From the NCBI RefSeq assembly GCF_003334405.1, contig NZ_QOWM01000001.1: a stretch of DNA of 64,000 nucleotides. The stretch is one strand, 5' to 3'. The notes beneath the pieces are model-generated. The model was not told the DNA's origin, searched no databases, and saw only the letters and a list, made by a program, of their open reading frames with translations. Made by a program: the position numbers and the translations under genes. Every line of letters starts with the position of its first letter. The first letter of the stretch is position 1. Positions 29,025 through 40,741 of this stretch are shown here, one piece after another. The stretch comes from Escherichia coli. Its GTDB lineage: Bacteria; Pseudomonadota; Gammaproteobacteria; Enterobacterales; Enterobacteriaceae.

Positions 29025-30410
29025 TTATACATCCGCCGGATCGATACCGTATTCCTGGAGTTTATACATCAATGCACGGCGACTGATGCCCAGCATTAAA
29101 GCAGTGCGGGTTCGGTTTCCTTCTTGTTGTTCCAGCACTTCCATAATGATGCGTTTTTCGACGCGTTTAATTTCCTCTTTTAAATTACGCTCACCGACAG
29201 GGGCTGTTTTTACCTCGCCAGCATTACAGACTGGCTGACGAATCTGTGGCGGAAGATCCTCAGAAAAAATGATCGGGCCTGAATTCATCACGACGGCGCG
29301 TTCAATAACGTTGGAAAGCTCTCGAATATTTCCCGGCCATGACCAGGCGGTAAGCAGTGACATTGCCATCGGATCGATGTCGATAATATCGCGCTGATTC
29401 TCACTACTGAATTTTTGCAAAAAGTGATTAGCTAACAGGGAAATATCTTCCCGGCGATCGCGCAGAGGCGGCAGTATTAAATGAATAACGTTAAGGCGAT
29501 AAAAGAGATCTTCACGGAAGGTGCCTTCTTTTACCATTGCCTGCAAGTCGCGGTTGGTGGCAGCAATGATGCGGATATCAACTTTTATGGTCTGATGGCC
29601 GCCAATCCGTTCAAATTCCCGTTCCTGTAGAATGCGTAGTAATTTGGCTTGTAGTACCAGCGGCATTTCGCCAATTTCGTCGAGGAGCAGAGTACCTTCG
29701 TTGGCTCGTTCAAATAATCCCTGACGCAAGGTTTGTGCACCAGTAAATGCACCTTTTTCATGACCAAACAATTCACTTTCGAGCAACGATTCCGGCAGCG
29801 CCGCGCAGTTGACTTTAATGAACGGCCCCTTTGCCCGCCGCGAATTGTAGTGAATCGCTCTGGCAATCAACTCTTTCCCGGTGCCGCTTTCACCGCTAAT
29901 CAAGACGCTGGCCTGAGAAAGGGCAATTTTGGCGGTGTCTTTGCAGATGTCCATCATCGCCGGGCTGTTGGTGAGAATGTGCCCCCATTGCCAGCTGGTG
30001 CTCAGTGCCTGGTGCAGATGACGGATCTCTTTTTTCATTGACTGGAGTTGTAAAGCGCGCTGAACGATTAAATTCAACTCATCGAGATCAAACGGTTTAA
30101 TAACATAGTCGAAGGCTCCGCAGCGTAGCGCTTCGACGGCGGTTTCCACTTCCGCATAGGCCGTCATCAGAATAACGGGTGTCCGGGTCTCATGGCTGCG
30201 CATCTCCTTTAGTGCCTTGATGCCGTCCATCTCTGGCATGCGGATATCCATCAACACCACATCAGGGTGAATATCGGCAAACAGGTGTAATGCTGTGCGT
30301 CCGTTGTTCGCACAATGTGTTTCGAATCCTTGTAGTGCAAAAGCGGTGCTCAGCATACGGCGAACATTATCTTCATCATCCACAATAAGGATGCGATTAA
30401 TAGCAGTCAT
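29025..30410 (-). CDS. atoC: sigma54-dependent response regulator
   Basis: 461-aa ORF; receiver domain, AAA+ Walker A GESGTGKE, GAFTGA motif, C-terminal HTH. Confidence 0.95.
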   Translation of the reverse strand: MTAINRILIVDDEDNVRRMLSTAFALQGFETHCANNGRTALHLFADIHPDVVLMDIRMPEMDGIKALKEMRSHETRTPVILMTAYAEVETAVEALRCGAFDYVIKPFDLDELNLIVQRALQLQSMKKEIRHLHQALSTSWQWGHILTNSPAMMDICKDTAKIALSQASVLISGESGTGKELIARAIHYNSRRAKGPFIKVNCAALPESLLESELFGHEKGAFTGAQTLRQGLFERANEGTLLLDEIGEMPLVLQAKLLRILQEREFERIGGHQTIKVDIRIIAATNRDLQAMVKEGTFREDLFYRLNVIHLILPPLRDRREDISLLANHFLQKFSSENQRDIIDIDPMAMSLLTAWSWPGNIRELSNVIERAVVMNSGPIIFSEDLPPQIRQPVCNAGEVKTAPVGERNLKEEIKRVEKRIIMEVLEQQEGNRTRTALMLGISRRALMYKLQEYGIDPADV

Positions 30411-32233
30411 ACAGTCTGATTTCCCTGCGGGTTGATCGGTAAAATAAGCGTGAAGGTTGCGCCGTAGCCCGGCAAACTGGCGACGCGAATATCACCCTGA
30501 TGGGCATTAATGATGCGTTGACTTAACGCCAGACCAAGCCCGGTTCCTGAGGCTTTGGTGGTGAAAAAGGGATCGAAGATCTTTTTTTGCAGCGAGAGAT
30601 CAATGCCACAGCCGTTGTCCTCTATCGAAATGGCCTGTTGTGAGTCGCTGTATTGCCAGGTTTGAATGCGAATTTTCCCTCGTGCGCTGATAGCCTGGAC
30701 GGCATTGATCAGGATATTCAGTAGTACCTGTTTGAGCAGTTCACGATCGGCGTTAATCGGGCTTAATTCATTATCCAGTTCGCTTATGAAGTCGACCCGC
30801 GCTTGTACGCCGGCGGTTTGTACCAGTACCAGAGTTTCTTCAACCAATGCATTGAGGCTGACTTGTTGCCATTGACTGTGGCGTGGACGTGAAAATTCGA
30901 GCAATTGCTGAATAACTTTGTTAATTGAATCGATTTCTTTGAGTACTACGGACAGATATTCCTGATGTATTGGGTCACTGGTTTGTTGGCGCAAGATCTG
31001 TACATAACCACGAATAGCCGTTAACGGATTACGTACTTCATGCGCGACGCCAGCCATCAGCTCACCCAGTGTGGCGAGGCGTTCTGCTTGCGCCATGCGG
31101 CGCTGGGTTTCTTTGCGGGCAGTTAAATCAGAGAAAATCACCAAAGCACCTATCATTTCACCGTGCGTGTTATGAATACGACTGGTAGTGACACTGAGTT
31201 CAATGGTGCGGTCACGACCTGGAAAACTGATCTCCAGCGCCACATGTTCGGTGCCATGTTCCAGCGTATCCAGTACTGGACTGTAGAACTGAGTATTGTC
31301 GAACAACATGGAGTAAGGCTGCCCTACCAGTTCATGGCGTTGATAGCCAGTGATAACTTCTGCTGCTGGGTTCATGGTGGTTACATCACCCTGGCGGTCA
31401 ATGGCAATGACGCCATCGGCAGCGTTTTCAATAATCAGATCGTTAAGTGTCCGCGTTTCACGCAGTGCCTGGGCGAGGTTATTAACACTCTGACTGATTT
31501 GCCCCATTTCACCGGGCAATTGTGGTAATCGAGTGGGAATATTTTGTGCCAGAGTCGAGAGGCCATCGGTGATGATATCAATATTGGCGCTCAGGCGACG
31601 GGAGAAAAGGACAATCAACAGCAGGCTTATCAGCAAACCAGCGGTGAGCACAATGATAATCCTCACATCCATTTTCCAGGCCTGGCGGCGAATATCTTCG
31701 GTTAATTCATTGGCCCAGATATAGCCGAGGATTTCACCATTACGCTCAATGGGGAGCATTGAATTCAAAATATCGCCGCGCACCTGCCTGCCTGAATAAA
31801 CTAAAGGGGTATTTGTACGCATCACTTCGCGACCAGGGTGATCTGCGGCAATGGTAACGCCGACATTATTCTGATATAGCGCTGAAGGCGCGTAGGTGAT
31901 TATCGCATCCAGCATTTTGTTGTAATAACCAGCACCGATGCCAGGGAAGGCGTGAGTGATATTTTCGGTAATGGGGGCAAGTTCTGCATTTAATGCGCGG
32001 ATACGCTCCTCACGTGGTAAGTCGATGTAGAGATCATAGCGATCGCCTAGTGCCTGATTAAGCAGGTTGACCACGGCAGAAAGTTTTTTCTCTTTTTCAG
32101 ATAAGACTGCTGAACGTCCTTCCGTTTCTACGATATAACCAATAGTAAGCGTTGGGACAATGACCATCAGGATTGCCATCAGGATCATTTGATTGCGTAA
32201 GCGGCGTGGATAAATCCACTTCATATAATGCAT
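30407..32233 (-). CDS. atoS: sensor histidine kinase of the AtoSC two-component system
   Basis: ORF track starts at 32245; probable native start MHYMKWIYPRR at 32233 (608 aa); H-box HEVRNPLTAI; 4-nt overlap with atoC. Confidence 0.92.
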   Translation of the reverse strand: MHYMKWIYPRRLRNQMILMAILMVIVPTLTIGYIVETEGRSAVLSEKEKKLSAVVNLLNQALGDRYDLYIDLPREERIRALNAELAPITENITHAFPGIGAGYYNKMLDAIITYAPSALYQNNVGVTIAADHPGREVMRTNTPLVYSGRQVRGDILNSMLPIERNGEILGYIWANELTEDIRRQAWKMDVRIIIVLTAGLLISLLLIVLFSRRLSANIDIITDGLSTLAQNIPTRLPQLPGEMGQISQSVNNLAQALRETRTLNDLIIENAADGVIAIDRQGDVTTMNPAAEVITGYQRHELVGQPYSMLFDNTQFYSPVLDTLEHGTEHVALEISFPGRDRTIELSVTTSRIHNTHGEMIGALVIFSDLTARKETQRRMAQAERLATLGELMAGVAHEVRNPLTAIRGYVQILRQQTSDPIHQEYLSVVLKEIDSINKVIQQLLEFSRPRHSQWQQVSLNALVEETLVLVQTAGVQARVDFISELDNELSPINADRELLKQVLLNILINAVQAISARGKIRIQTWQYSDSQQAISIEDNGCGIDLSLQKKIFDPFFTTKASGTGLGLALSQRIINAHQGDIRVASLPGYGATFTLILPINPQGNQTV

Positions 32234-32399
32234 GCTGAAATCCACTAGTCTTGTCCGGTATATGACGATTATCAGAGGTTAAGGTGATGATTTCTCGGCG
32301 GTGTATCATATTCCAGAGAAGAGAGAACATTGCGGTAACACGCTTTTACCGCTACCTTAACCACACTCCATCGGTCACCTGAGGCGGAGCTTCGCCCCT

Positions 32400-35249
32400 T
32401 TGAAATACCTTGCTTCTTTTCGTACAACCCTGAAAGCCTCGCGCTACATGTTCAGAGCATTGGCGTTAGTGCTCTGGCTGTTGATTGCTTTTTCATCCGT
32501 TTTTTACATCGTTAATGCGTTACATCAGCGAGAATCGGAAATTCGTCAGGAATTTAATCTGAGTTCCGATCAGGCTCAGCGCTTTATTCAACGCACCTCT
32601 GATGTGATGAAAGAGCTGAAGTACATCGCCGAAAATCGCTTATCGGCAGAAAACGGTGTGCTTTCCCCGCGTGGACGAGAAACGCAGGCGGATGTGCCTG
32701 CGTTTGAACCGCTGTTTGCCGACTCCGATTGTTCCGCAATGAGTAACACCTGGCGAGGTTCTCTGGAGTCATTGGCGTGGTTTATGCGCTACTGGCGCGA
32801 TAATTTTTCTGCGGCTTACGATCTAAACCGGGTATTTTTAATCGGCAGCGATAACCTCTGCATGGCCAATTTCGGTCTGCGTGATATGCCAGTGGAACGC
32901 GATACCGCGTTGAAAGCTTTGCATGAACGCATCAATAAATATCGAAATGCACCACAAGATGATAGCGGCAGTAACCTCTACTGGATCAGCGAAGGTCCGC
33001 GCCCTGGCGTCGGGTATTTTTACGCGTTGACGCCAGTTTATCTGGCGAACCGGTTGCAGGCGCTTTTGGGTGTCGAGCAGACCATCCGGATGGAGAACTT
33101 TTTCTTACCGGGTACGTTGCCGATGGGGGTTACCATTCTTGATGAAAATGGTCATACCCTGATTTCGCTTACCGGACCAGAAAGTAAAATTAAGGGCGAT
33201 CCTCGCTGGATGCAGGAACGCTCCTGGTTTGGCTATACGGAAGGGTTCCGGGAGCTGGTGCTGAAGAAAAATCTGCCACCCTCATCGCTAAGCATCGTGT
33301 ATTCGGTGCCGGTTGATAAGGTGCTGGAACGCATTCGCATGTTGATCCTTAACGCAATTTTGCTGAATGTGCTTGCCGGAGCTGCATTGTTTACTCTCGC
33401 ACGGATGTACGAGCGACGTATTTTCATTCCGGCGGAAAGCGACGCCCTGCGACTGGAAGAACATGAGCAGTTCAATCGCAAGATTGTCGCCTCCGCGCCA
33501 GTGGGTATCTGCATTTTGCGTACCGCTGATGGCGTCAATATTTTAAGTAACGAACTGGCGCATACCTATCTCAATATGCTTACGCATGAGGACCGCCAAC
33601 GACTGACGCAAATTATCTGTGGGCAGCAGGTCAATTTTGTTGATGTCCTGACCAGCAACAATACCAATCTGCAAATCAGCTTCGTCCATTCGCGCTATCG
33701 TAATGAAAACGTGGCCATTTGTGTGCTGGTGGATGTTTCTTCGCGCGTGAAGATGGAAGAGTCGTTGCAGGAGATGGCACAAGCAGCGGAACAGGCGAGC
33801 CAGTCAAAATCGATGTTCCTTGCCACCGTCAGTCATGAGCTGCGAACGCCGCTGTATGGCATTATCGGTAACCTGGATCTGTTGCAAACCAAAGAGTTAC
33901 CGAAAGGCGTCGATCGGCTGGTGACGGCAATGAACAACTCTTCCAGCCTGTTGTTGAAAATTATCAGCGATATTCTCGATTTCTCGAAGATTGAATCGGA
34001 ACAGTTGAAGATCGAACCGCGTGAGTTTTCACCGCGTGAAGTGATGAACCACATCACCGCCAACTATTTACCGCTGGTGGTACGCAAGCAGTTAGGCTTG
34101 TACTGCTTTATTGAACCGGATGTGCCAGTGGCCTTAAATGGCGACCCGATGCGTTTACAGCAGGTCATCTCCAACCTGTTGAGTAACGCCATAAAATTCA
34201 CCGATACCGGCTGTATAGTTTTGCATGTTCGCGCGGATGGCGATTATCTCTCTATCCGTGTTCGCGATACCGGCGTGGGGATACCGGCGAAAGAAGTGGT
34301 GCGCTTGTTTGATCCCTTCTTCCAGGTCGGAACGGGCGTACAGCGTAATTTCCAGGGGACCGGTCTGGGTCTGGCGATTTGTGAAAAACTGATCAGCATG
34401 ATGGACGGCGATATCTCGGTAGATTCAGAACCGGGAATGGGCAGCCAGTTTACCGTGCGTATTCCGTTGTACGGCGCTCAGTACCCGCAGAAAAAAGGCG
34501 TGGAAGGGTTGAGTGGTAAACGCTGCTGGCTGGCGGTCCGCAATGCGTCGCTCTGTCAGTTCCTGGAAACCAGTTTGCAGCGCAGCGGCATCGTCGTTAC
34601 AACATACGAAGGGCAGGAACCGACTCCCGAAGATGTGTTGATCACTGACGAGGTAGTGAGTAAAAAATGGCAGGGCAGAGCGGTAGTGACCTTCTGTCGT
34701 CGCCATATTGGTATTCCGCTGGAGAAAGCGCCAGGGGAGTGGGTACACAGTGTGGCTGCTCCGCATGAGCTACCGGCATTGTTGGCGCGTATTTATTTGA
34801 TCGAGATGGAGAGCGACGATCCTGCTAACGCTCTGCCGTCAACGGACAAAGCGGTCAGCGATAATGACGATATGATGATTCTGGTCGTGGATGATCATCC
34901 GATTAACCGGCGTTTGCTGGCAGATCAGTTGGGATCGTTGGGCTATCAATGTAAAACCGCGAATGATGGCGTCGATGCGCTTAATGTACTTAGCAAGAAT
35001 CATATTGATATCGTGCTTAGCGACGTCAACATGCCAAATATGGATGGTTACCGCTTGACGCAACGCATTCGTCAGTTGGGACTGACGTTGCCGGTAATCG
35101 GAGTAACTGCTAATGCGTTGGCTGAAGAGAAGCAGCGGTGTCTGGAGTCCGGTATGGACAGCTGCCTGTCGAAGCCGGTAACGCTGGATGTGATAAAACA
35201 GACGCTGACGTTATATGCCGAGAGGGTCAGGAAATCGCGGGATTCGTAG
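32400..35249 (+). CDS. rcsC: hybrid sensor histidine kinase of the Rcs phosphorelay
   Basis: 949-aa ORF; H-box SHELRTPL; C-terminal receiver domain (VVDDHPINRRLL...). Confidence 0.95.
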   Translation: MKYLASFRTTLKASRYMFRALALVLWLLIAFSSVFYIVNALHQRESEIRQEFNLSSDQAQRFIQRTSDVMKELKYIAENRLSAENGVLSPRGRETQADVPAFEPLFADSDCSAMSNTWRGSLESLAWFMRYWRDNFSAAYDLNRVFLIGSDNLCMANFGLRDMPVERDTALKALHERINKYRNAPQDDSGSNLYWISEGPRPGVGYFYALTPVYLANRLQALLGVEQTIRMENFFLPGTLPMGVTILDENGHTLISLTGPESKIKGDPRWMQERSWFGYTEGFRELVLKKNLPPSSLSIVYSVPVDKVLERIRMLILNAILLNVLAGAALFTLARMYERRIFIPAESDALRLEEHEQFNRKIVASAPVGICILRTADGVNILSNELAHTYLNMLTHEDRQRLTQIICGQQVNFVDVLTSNNTNLQISFVHSRYRNENVAICVLVDVSSRVKMEESLQEMAQAAEQASQSKSMFLATVSHELRTPLYGIIGNLDLLQTKELPKGVDRLVTAMNNSSSLLLKIISDILDFSKIESEQLKIEPREFSPREVMNHITANYLPLVVRKQLGLYCFIEPDVPVALNGDPMRLQQVISNLLSNAIKFTDTGCIVLHVRADGDYLSIRVRDTGVGIPAKEVVRLFDPFFQVGTGVQRNFQGTGLGLAICEKLISMMDGDISVDSEPGMGSQFTVRIPLYGAQYPQKKGVEGLSGKRCWLAVRNASLCQFLETSLQRSGIVVTTYEGQEPTPEDVLITDEVVSKKWQGRAVVTFCRRHIGIPLEKAPGEWVHSVAAPHELPALLARIYLIEMESDDPANALPSTDKAVSDNDDMMILVVDDHPINRRLLADQLGSLGYQCKTANDGVDALNVLSKNHIDIVLSDVNMPNMDGYRLTQRIRQLGLTLPVIGVTANALAEEKQRCLESGMDSCLSKPVTLDVIKQTLTLYAERVRKSRDS

Positions 35250-35251
35250 GA

Positions 35252-35445
<194 letters not shown>

Positions 35446-35448
35446 TGA

Positions 35449-36099
35449 TTAGTCTTTATCTGCCGGACTTAAGGTCACTGAAGAGAGATAATTCAGCAGG
35501 GCGATATCGTTCTCGACACCCAGCTTCATCATCGCAGATTTCTTCTGGCTACTGATGGTTTTAATACTGCGGTTCAGCTTTTTAGCGATCTCGGTCACCA
35601 GGAAGCCTTCCGCAAACAGGCGCAGAACTTCACTCTCTTTTGGCGAGAGACGCTTGTCACCGTAACCACCAGCACTGATTTTTTCCAACAGGCGAGAAAC
35701 GCTTTCCGGGGTAAATTTCTTCCCTTTCTGCAGCGCGGCGAGAGCTTTCGGCAGATCGGTCGGTGCACCTTGTTTCAGCACGATCCCTTCGATATCCAGA
35801 TCCAATACCGCACTAAGAATCGCCGGGTTGTTGTTCATAGTCAGAACAATGATCGACAGGCTTGGGAAATGGCGCTTGATGTACTTGATTAAGGTAATGC
35901 CATCGCCGTACTTATCGCCAGGCATGGAGAGATCGGTAATCAACACATGCGCATCCAGTTTCGGCAGGTTGTTGATCAGTGCTGTAGAGTCTTCAAATTC
36001 GCCGACAACATTCACCCACTCAATTTGCTCAAGTGATTTGCGAATACCGAACAAGACTATCGGATGGTCATCGGCAATAATTACGTTCATATTGTTCAT
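35449..36099 (-). CDS. rcsB: response regulator RcsB (LuxR/FixJ family)
   Basis: ORF track 231 aa; native start MNNMNVIIADDHPIVLFGIRK at 36099 gives 216 aa. Confidence 0.95.
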   Translation of the reverse strand: MNNMNVIIADDHPIVLFGIRKSLEQIEWVNVVGEFEDSTALINNLPKLDAHVLITDLSMPGDKYGDGITLIKYIKRHFPSLSIIVLTMNNNPAILSAVLDLDIEGIVLKQGAPTDLPKALAALQKGKKFTPESVSRLLEKISAGGYGDKRLSPKESEVLRLFAEGFLVTEIAKKLNRSIKTISSQKKSAMMKLGVENDIALLNYLSSVTLSPADKD

Positions 36100-36115
36100 G
36101 TAATAGGCTACCTTG

Positions 36116-38788
36116 CTACAGCAAGCTCTTGACATAACTGTCAATGTCGCTGATGTATTTTTCTATTCCTGGAACATCCTTCTCACGAATCAGATGTTCC
36201 AGCGTTTCACATAACTGCTTGCCGGGTACCAGATTTAGCATGGCAAATACGCCTTTAAGACGATGAGCCGTTTGGGCTAACGCAGCAAAGTCACTGGTTG
36301 CTGCTTCAGTATACAGCCTCTTAACATCATCCGGTACTGTGTCTACAAAGAGCGCATAATAGCCGCTGGCATGGAGTTGCGCATTTTCATCTCCGCCCAG
36401 AGGCGATTCTGTCACCTCTTCCTGCGCCAGTTGCACTTCAATTAATTGTAAGACCGCTTCCTGCATAGCGTTGCTCATATTGAAGTTGACGCACAATTGA
36501 CCAGGCCCAATTTCCCGTACGCCAGACTCATCATCGCTTAAAAGCAAGCCAGAGGCAGTAAGATTAGACGGATTATCCGTTAAAAAGATATCATAATCTT
36601 GACTAATTAATCTTTCATCGGGTGTGATACAGGTTGCACCCCAATTTTCTAACTGGCGAGTGACAATATTCCGAATTTCTGCCGAAGTAACATCCACCAT
36701 TACGCAGACATCATCCAGTAAACGCTCTTCTTCCTCTTCAACTTCCGGGTCAGCTGCGAGCATTTTGATATGCACAGAGTAGCGTGTACCAAGCCCATCC
36801 CGCGTTTTGATGTTTAAATGACCGCCCAGTTTACGTGCCAGTTGATCGCTCAGCCAGAATGCCAGCGGGTCCGCCTTGCCATAGCGATCGTTTTGGGTCT
36901 GGTTGATAAACGGGAAGTGCAAATTATCCATTTCATGAATACTTACGCCTTCTCCCGTGTCCAGAATGCGGAACGTCAGGCGGTCTTCGGAGGACTCATC
37001 CTGATCAACCTCAAGGGTGATTTTTCCCAATTGCGTTGAGGTCACGGCATATTGCATCAGTAGCAGCAAAATACGTCGTAAGGCATCGCGATCGCCGCGG
37101 CGCATATCGTGTGCTTTCAGATGATTGTTAATCAGCAGTTGCAGACCTTTACGCTTGATGGCAGGCAACACTGAAGGCACAACTTCATCAATTAAATCCT
37201 GCACGGAGAACAGCACCGTCTCACTTTTCCAGCTATCATCCGCAAGCATGTTCGCTAACTGTATTTCATCAACCAGCCGCACCAGCACATCTGCCTGATT
37301 CGCCAGTTGTTTGCTTTCCGGGGCGTTGAGTTTAGCCGCGCTCTCCGCCAGGGACTGTGCGGGTTCTTTCAGCGCATCGCCAATGTTTTTCATAAAGATC
37401 ATCCGCCCCTGCTGGTTTTTCTCATACAGACGCTGCGCCTGCTTGAGTTTCTTGTTTACCAGCACTTCGCGATCCTGATCGCGAATAATGAAAATTTGTG
37501 TGCGCGGCGCGACCTGGCTGCGGAACATGCGGATCTCATACAGCTCGTTATTGATCGTCGCCTGAATAATCCCCTGATGCTGTTCCGCCATGGTGGTGAT
37601 GTTTTGCAGATTCAAATGCGGCAGCAAATGATCGGCAATTTTGTTACTTATGACAGTGCGGTTCGATTCCTGATCGTGAACCAGCAGGCCGAGCGGCAGC
37701 AGTGAGACTATCTCTTCATTGATTGCCCGTAAAATGCGCAATTCGTTATTGACCGCCGTGCTGGGGACGTTTTCTGTACTGCGGCTGGAGAAATGGCGGA
37801 ATGTGGTATAGCCAAATAACGCCAGCGCCAGCAAACCGATGTTCAGCAGCAGTGGCAGCAGAATGTTTTGCAACGTATCCAGCAATAAGGTGCCATAAGG
37901 AACCTGCCAGACCAGGCGCATATCGGTAGAGTTGAGTGCCGAGGAGATTTCAATCTTCGTACTGTTAAAGTGGATACTGACGCTATCCGTCCCTTCTTTC
38001 TCATTATCATTGTTTCCCGTTGCCGTCGCGTCTGGCTCAAGGCGGAAACTGTCCAGCGGCATACCCGGTGGGATCAAATCATTAATCGGCAGATCAAAAG
38101 CCACGACCGTTGCCAGATGTCCTGGCTGGTTAAAGGTAGTACGCAATGTAAAGTAATGACCGTTCTGCCAGGCCAGGCGGCGCATGTTAGAAAAGCTTTC
38201 GCGTTCATCGAGGGCGTTGGCCTGTTGCAACATCTCTGCACGACGTGAATCAACAATGTCGCTGACGGTCGATTCTTTAAATCCGGAGGTGAGATCTTTA
38301 AGGGGTAGGGTTGAGATCAGCACCAGACTGTTATCCTGACCATTCAGGTAATACATCGACCACGGTACATTTTCTGCGCCCCACAATGTATCCAGATAAG
38401 TGGACATCCGCTGAGTCATCTCAAGCGTTGAGTTGTCGTGAGAGCCAAAGATTAACGCTTCCGTTTTGCGGCGTGGTTTCTCCAGATAGTAGACATCCTG
38501 TTTCAGGCGCGTCTCTTGTAAACCTTCGCCGGAGGAGGGGGAGGTCGTCGCGGCAATGTTGTCGTAGATCTGCCAGGTCACGTAACGCCAGTTATCGACG
38601 CGCTTTTGGATAGCATGGGTAATGTCGACAATCTGGTAACTTTTATCTTTCAGCCAGGCGTTAACGGCGCTTTGTACCATTACACCCATCGTCACCAGTA
38701 ACACAATGATCAACAGTAAAAAGAAGCGGGTAATGCTCCCCGGTAGGAGTGAAAAGCGGGTCGTGGCCGTTGTCTCTTTCTGACGCAT
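36116..38788 (-). CDS. rcsD: phosphotransfer intermediate protein RcsD (Hpt domain)
   Basis: 890-aa ORF 16 nt upstream of rcsB; N-terminal membrane anchor; C-terminal Hpt-like region. Confidence 0.93.
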   Translation of the reverse strand: MRQKETTATTRFSLLPGSITRFFLLLIIVLLVTMGVMVQSAVNAWLKDKSYQIVDITHAIQKRVDNWRYVTWQIYDNIAATTSPSSGEGLQETRLKQDVYYLEKPRRKTEALIFGSHDNSTLEMTQRMSTYLDTLWGAENVPWSMYYLNGQDNSLVLISTLPLKDLTSGFKESTVSDIVDSRRAEMLQQANALDERESFSNMRRLAWQNGHYFTLRTTFNQPGHLATVVAFDLPINDLIPPGMPLDSFRLEPDATATGNNDNEKEGTDSVSIHFNSTKIEISSALNSTDMRLVWQVPYGTLLLDTLQNILLPLLLNIGLLALALFGYTTFRHFSSRSTENVPSTAVNNELRILRAINEEIVSLLPLGLLVHDQESNRTVISNKIADHLLPHLNLQNITTMAEQHQGIIQATINNELYEIRMFRSQVAPRTQIFIIRDQDREVLVNKKLKQAQRLYEKNQQGRMIFMKNIGDALKEPAQSLAESAAKLNAPESKQLANQADVLVRLVDEIQLANMLADDSWKSETVLFSVQDLIDEVVPSVLPAIKRKGLQLLINNHLKAHDMRRGDRDALRRILLLLMQYAVTSTQLGKITLEVDQDESSEDRLTFRILDTGEGVSIHEMDNLHFPFINQTQNDRYGKADPLAFWLSDQLARKLGGHLNIKTRDGLGTRYSVHIKMLAADPEVEEEEERLLDDVCVMVDVTSAEIRNIVTRQLENWGATCITPDERLISQDYDIFLTDNPSNLTASGLLLSDDESGVREIGPGQLCVNFNMSNAMQEAVLQLIEVQLAQEEVTESPLGGDENAQLHASGYYALFVDTVPDDVKRLYTEAATSDFAALAQTAHRLKGVFAMLNLVPGKQLCETLEHLIREKDVPGIEKYISDIDSYVKSLL

Positions 38789-39099
38789 TCGTGTTTATGA
38801 CCTGTTAAAACTTCGCGAAGTGATAGGGCAGTATAAAGGGTACAGTGTGAAATTCCAGACTCTTACCTGATTGATGATTCTCTATTCTCCCGTGATATTT
38901 ATCATCCTGCATTGGGGGAAATAGATGTACAAGCGCCATTTTGCTGTACAAATAACCTACAAAAAGCCCAACAAAAATAATTGCAAATAAACAAAGATTG
39001 CTGGAAATTATGCGGATGTTAATTATTTGTGAAATAGTTAACAAGCGTTATAGTTTTTCTGTGGTAGCACAGAATAATGAAAAGTGTGTAAAGAAGGGT

Positions 39100-39192
39100 A
39101 AAAAAAACCGAATGCGAGGCATCCGGTTGAAATAGGGGTAAACAGACATTCAGAAATGAATGACGGTAATAAATAAAGTTAATGATGATAGC
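39100..39192 (-). ncRNA. micF: MicF antisense small RNA (divergent from ompC)
   Basis: 93-nt stretch whose reverse complement reads GCTATCATCATTAACTTTATTTATTACCGTCATTCATTTCTGAATGTCTGTTTACCCCTATTTCAACCGGATGCCTCGCATTCGG followed by T8 terminator. Confidence 0.9.
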
Positions 39193-39511
39193 GGGAGTTA
39201 TTCTAGTTGCGAGTGAAGGTTTTGTTTTGACATTCAGTGCTGTCAAATACTTAAGAATAAGTTATTGATTTTAACCTTGAATTATTATTGCTTGATGTTA
39301 GGTGCTTATTTCGCCATTCCGCAATAATCTTAAAAAGTTCCCTTGCATTTACATTTTGAAACATCTATAGCGATAAATGAAACATCTTAAAAGTTTTAGT
39401 ATCATATTCGTGTTGGATTATTCTGCATTTTTGGGGAGAATGGACTTGCCGACTGATTAATGAGGGTTAATCAGTATGCAGTGGCATAAAAAAGCAAATA
39501 AAGGCATATAA

Positions 39512-40630
<1,119 letters not shown>

Positions 40631-40651
40631 TCTCGATTGATATCGAACAAA

Positions 40652-40672
40652 GGGCCTGCGGGCCCTTTTTTC
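40652..40672 (+). terminator. rho-independent terminator of ompC
   Basis: GGGCC-tgcg-GGCCC hairpin followed by TTTTTT, 21 nt after ompC stop. Confidence 0.8.
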
Positions 40673-40741
40673 ATTGTTTTCAGCGTACAAACTCAGTTTT
40701 TTGGTGTACTCTTGCGACCGTTCGCATGAGGATAATCACGT

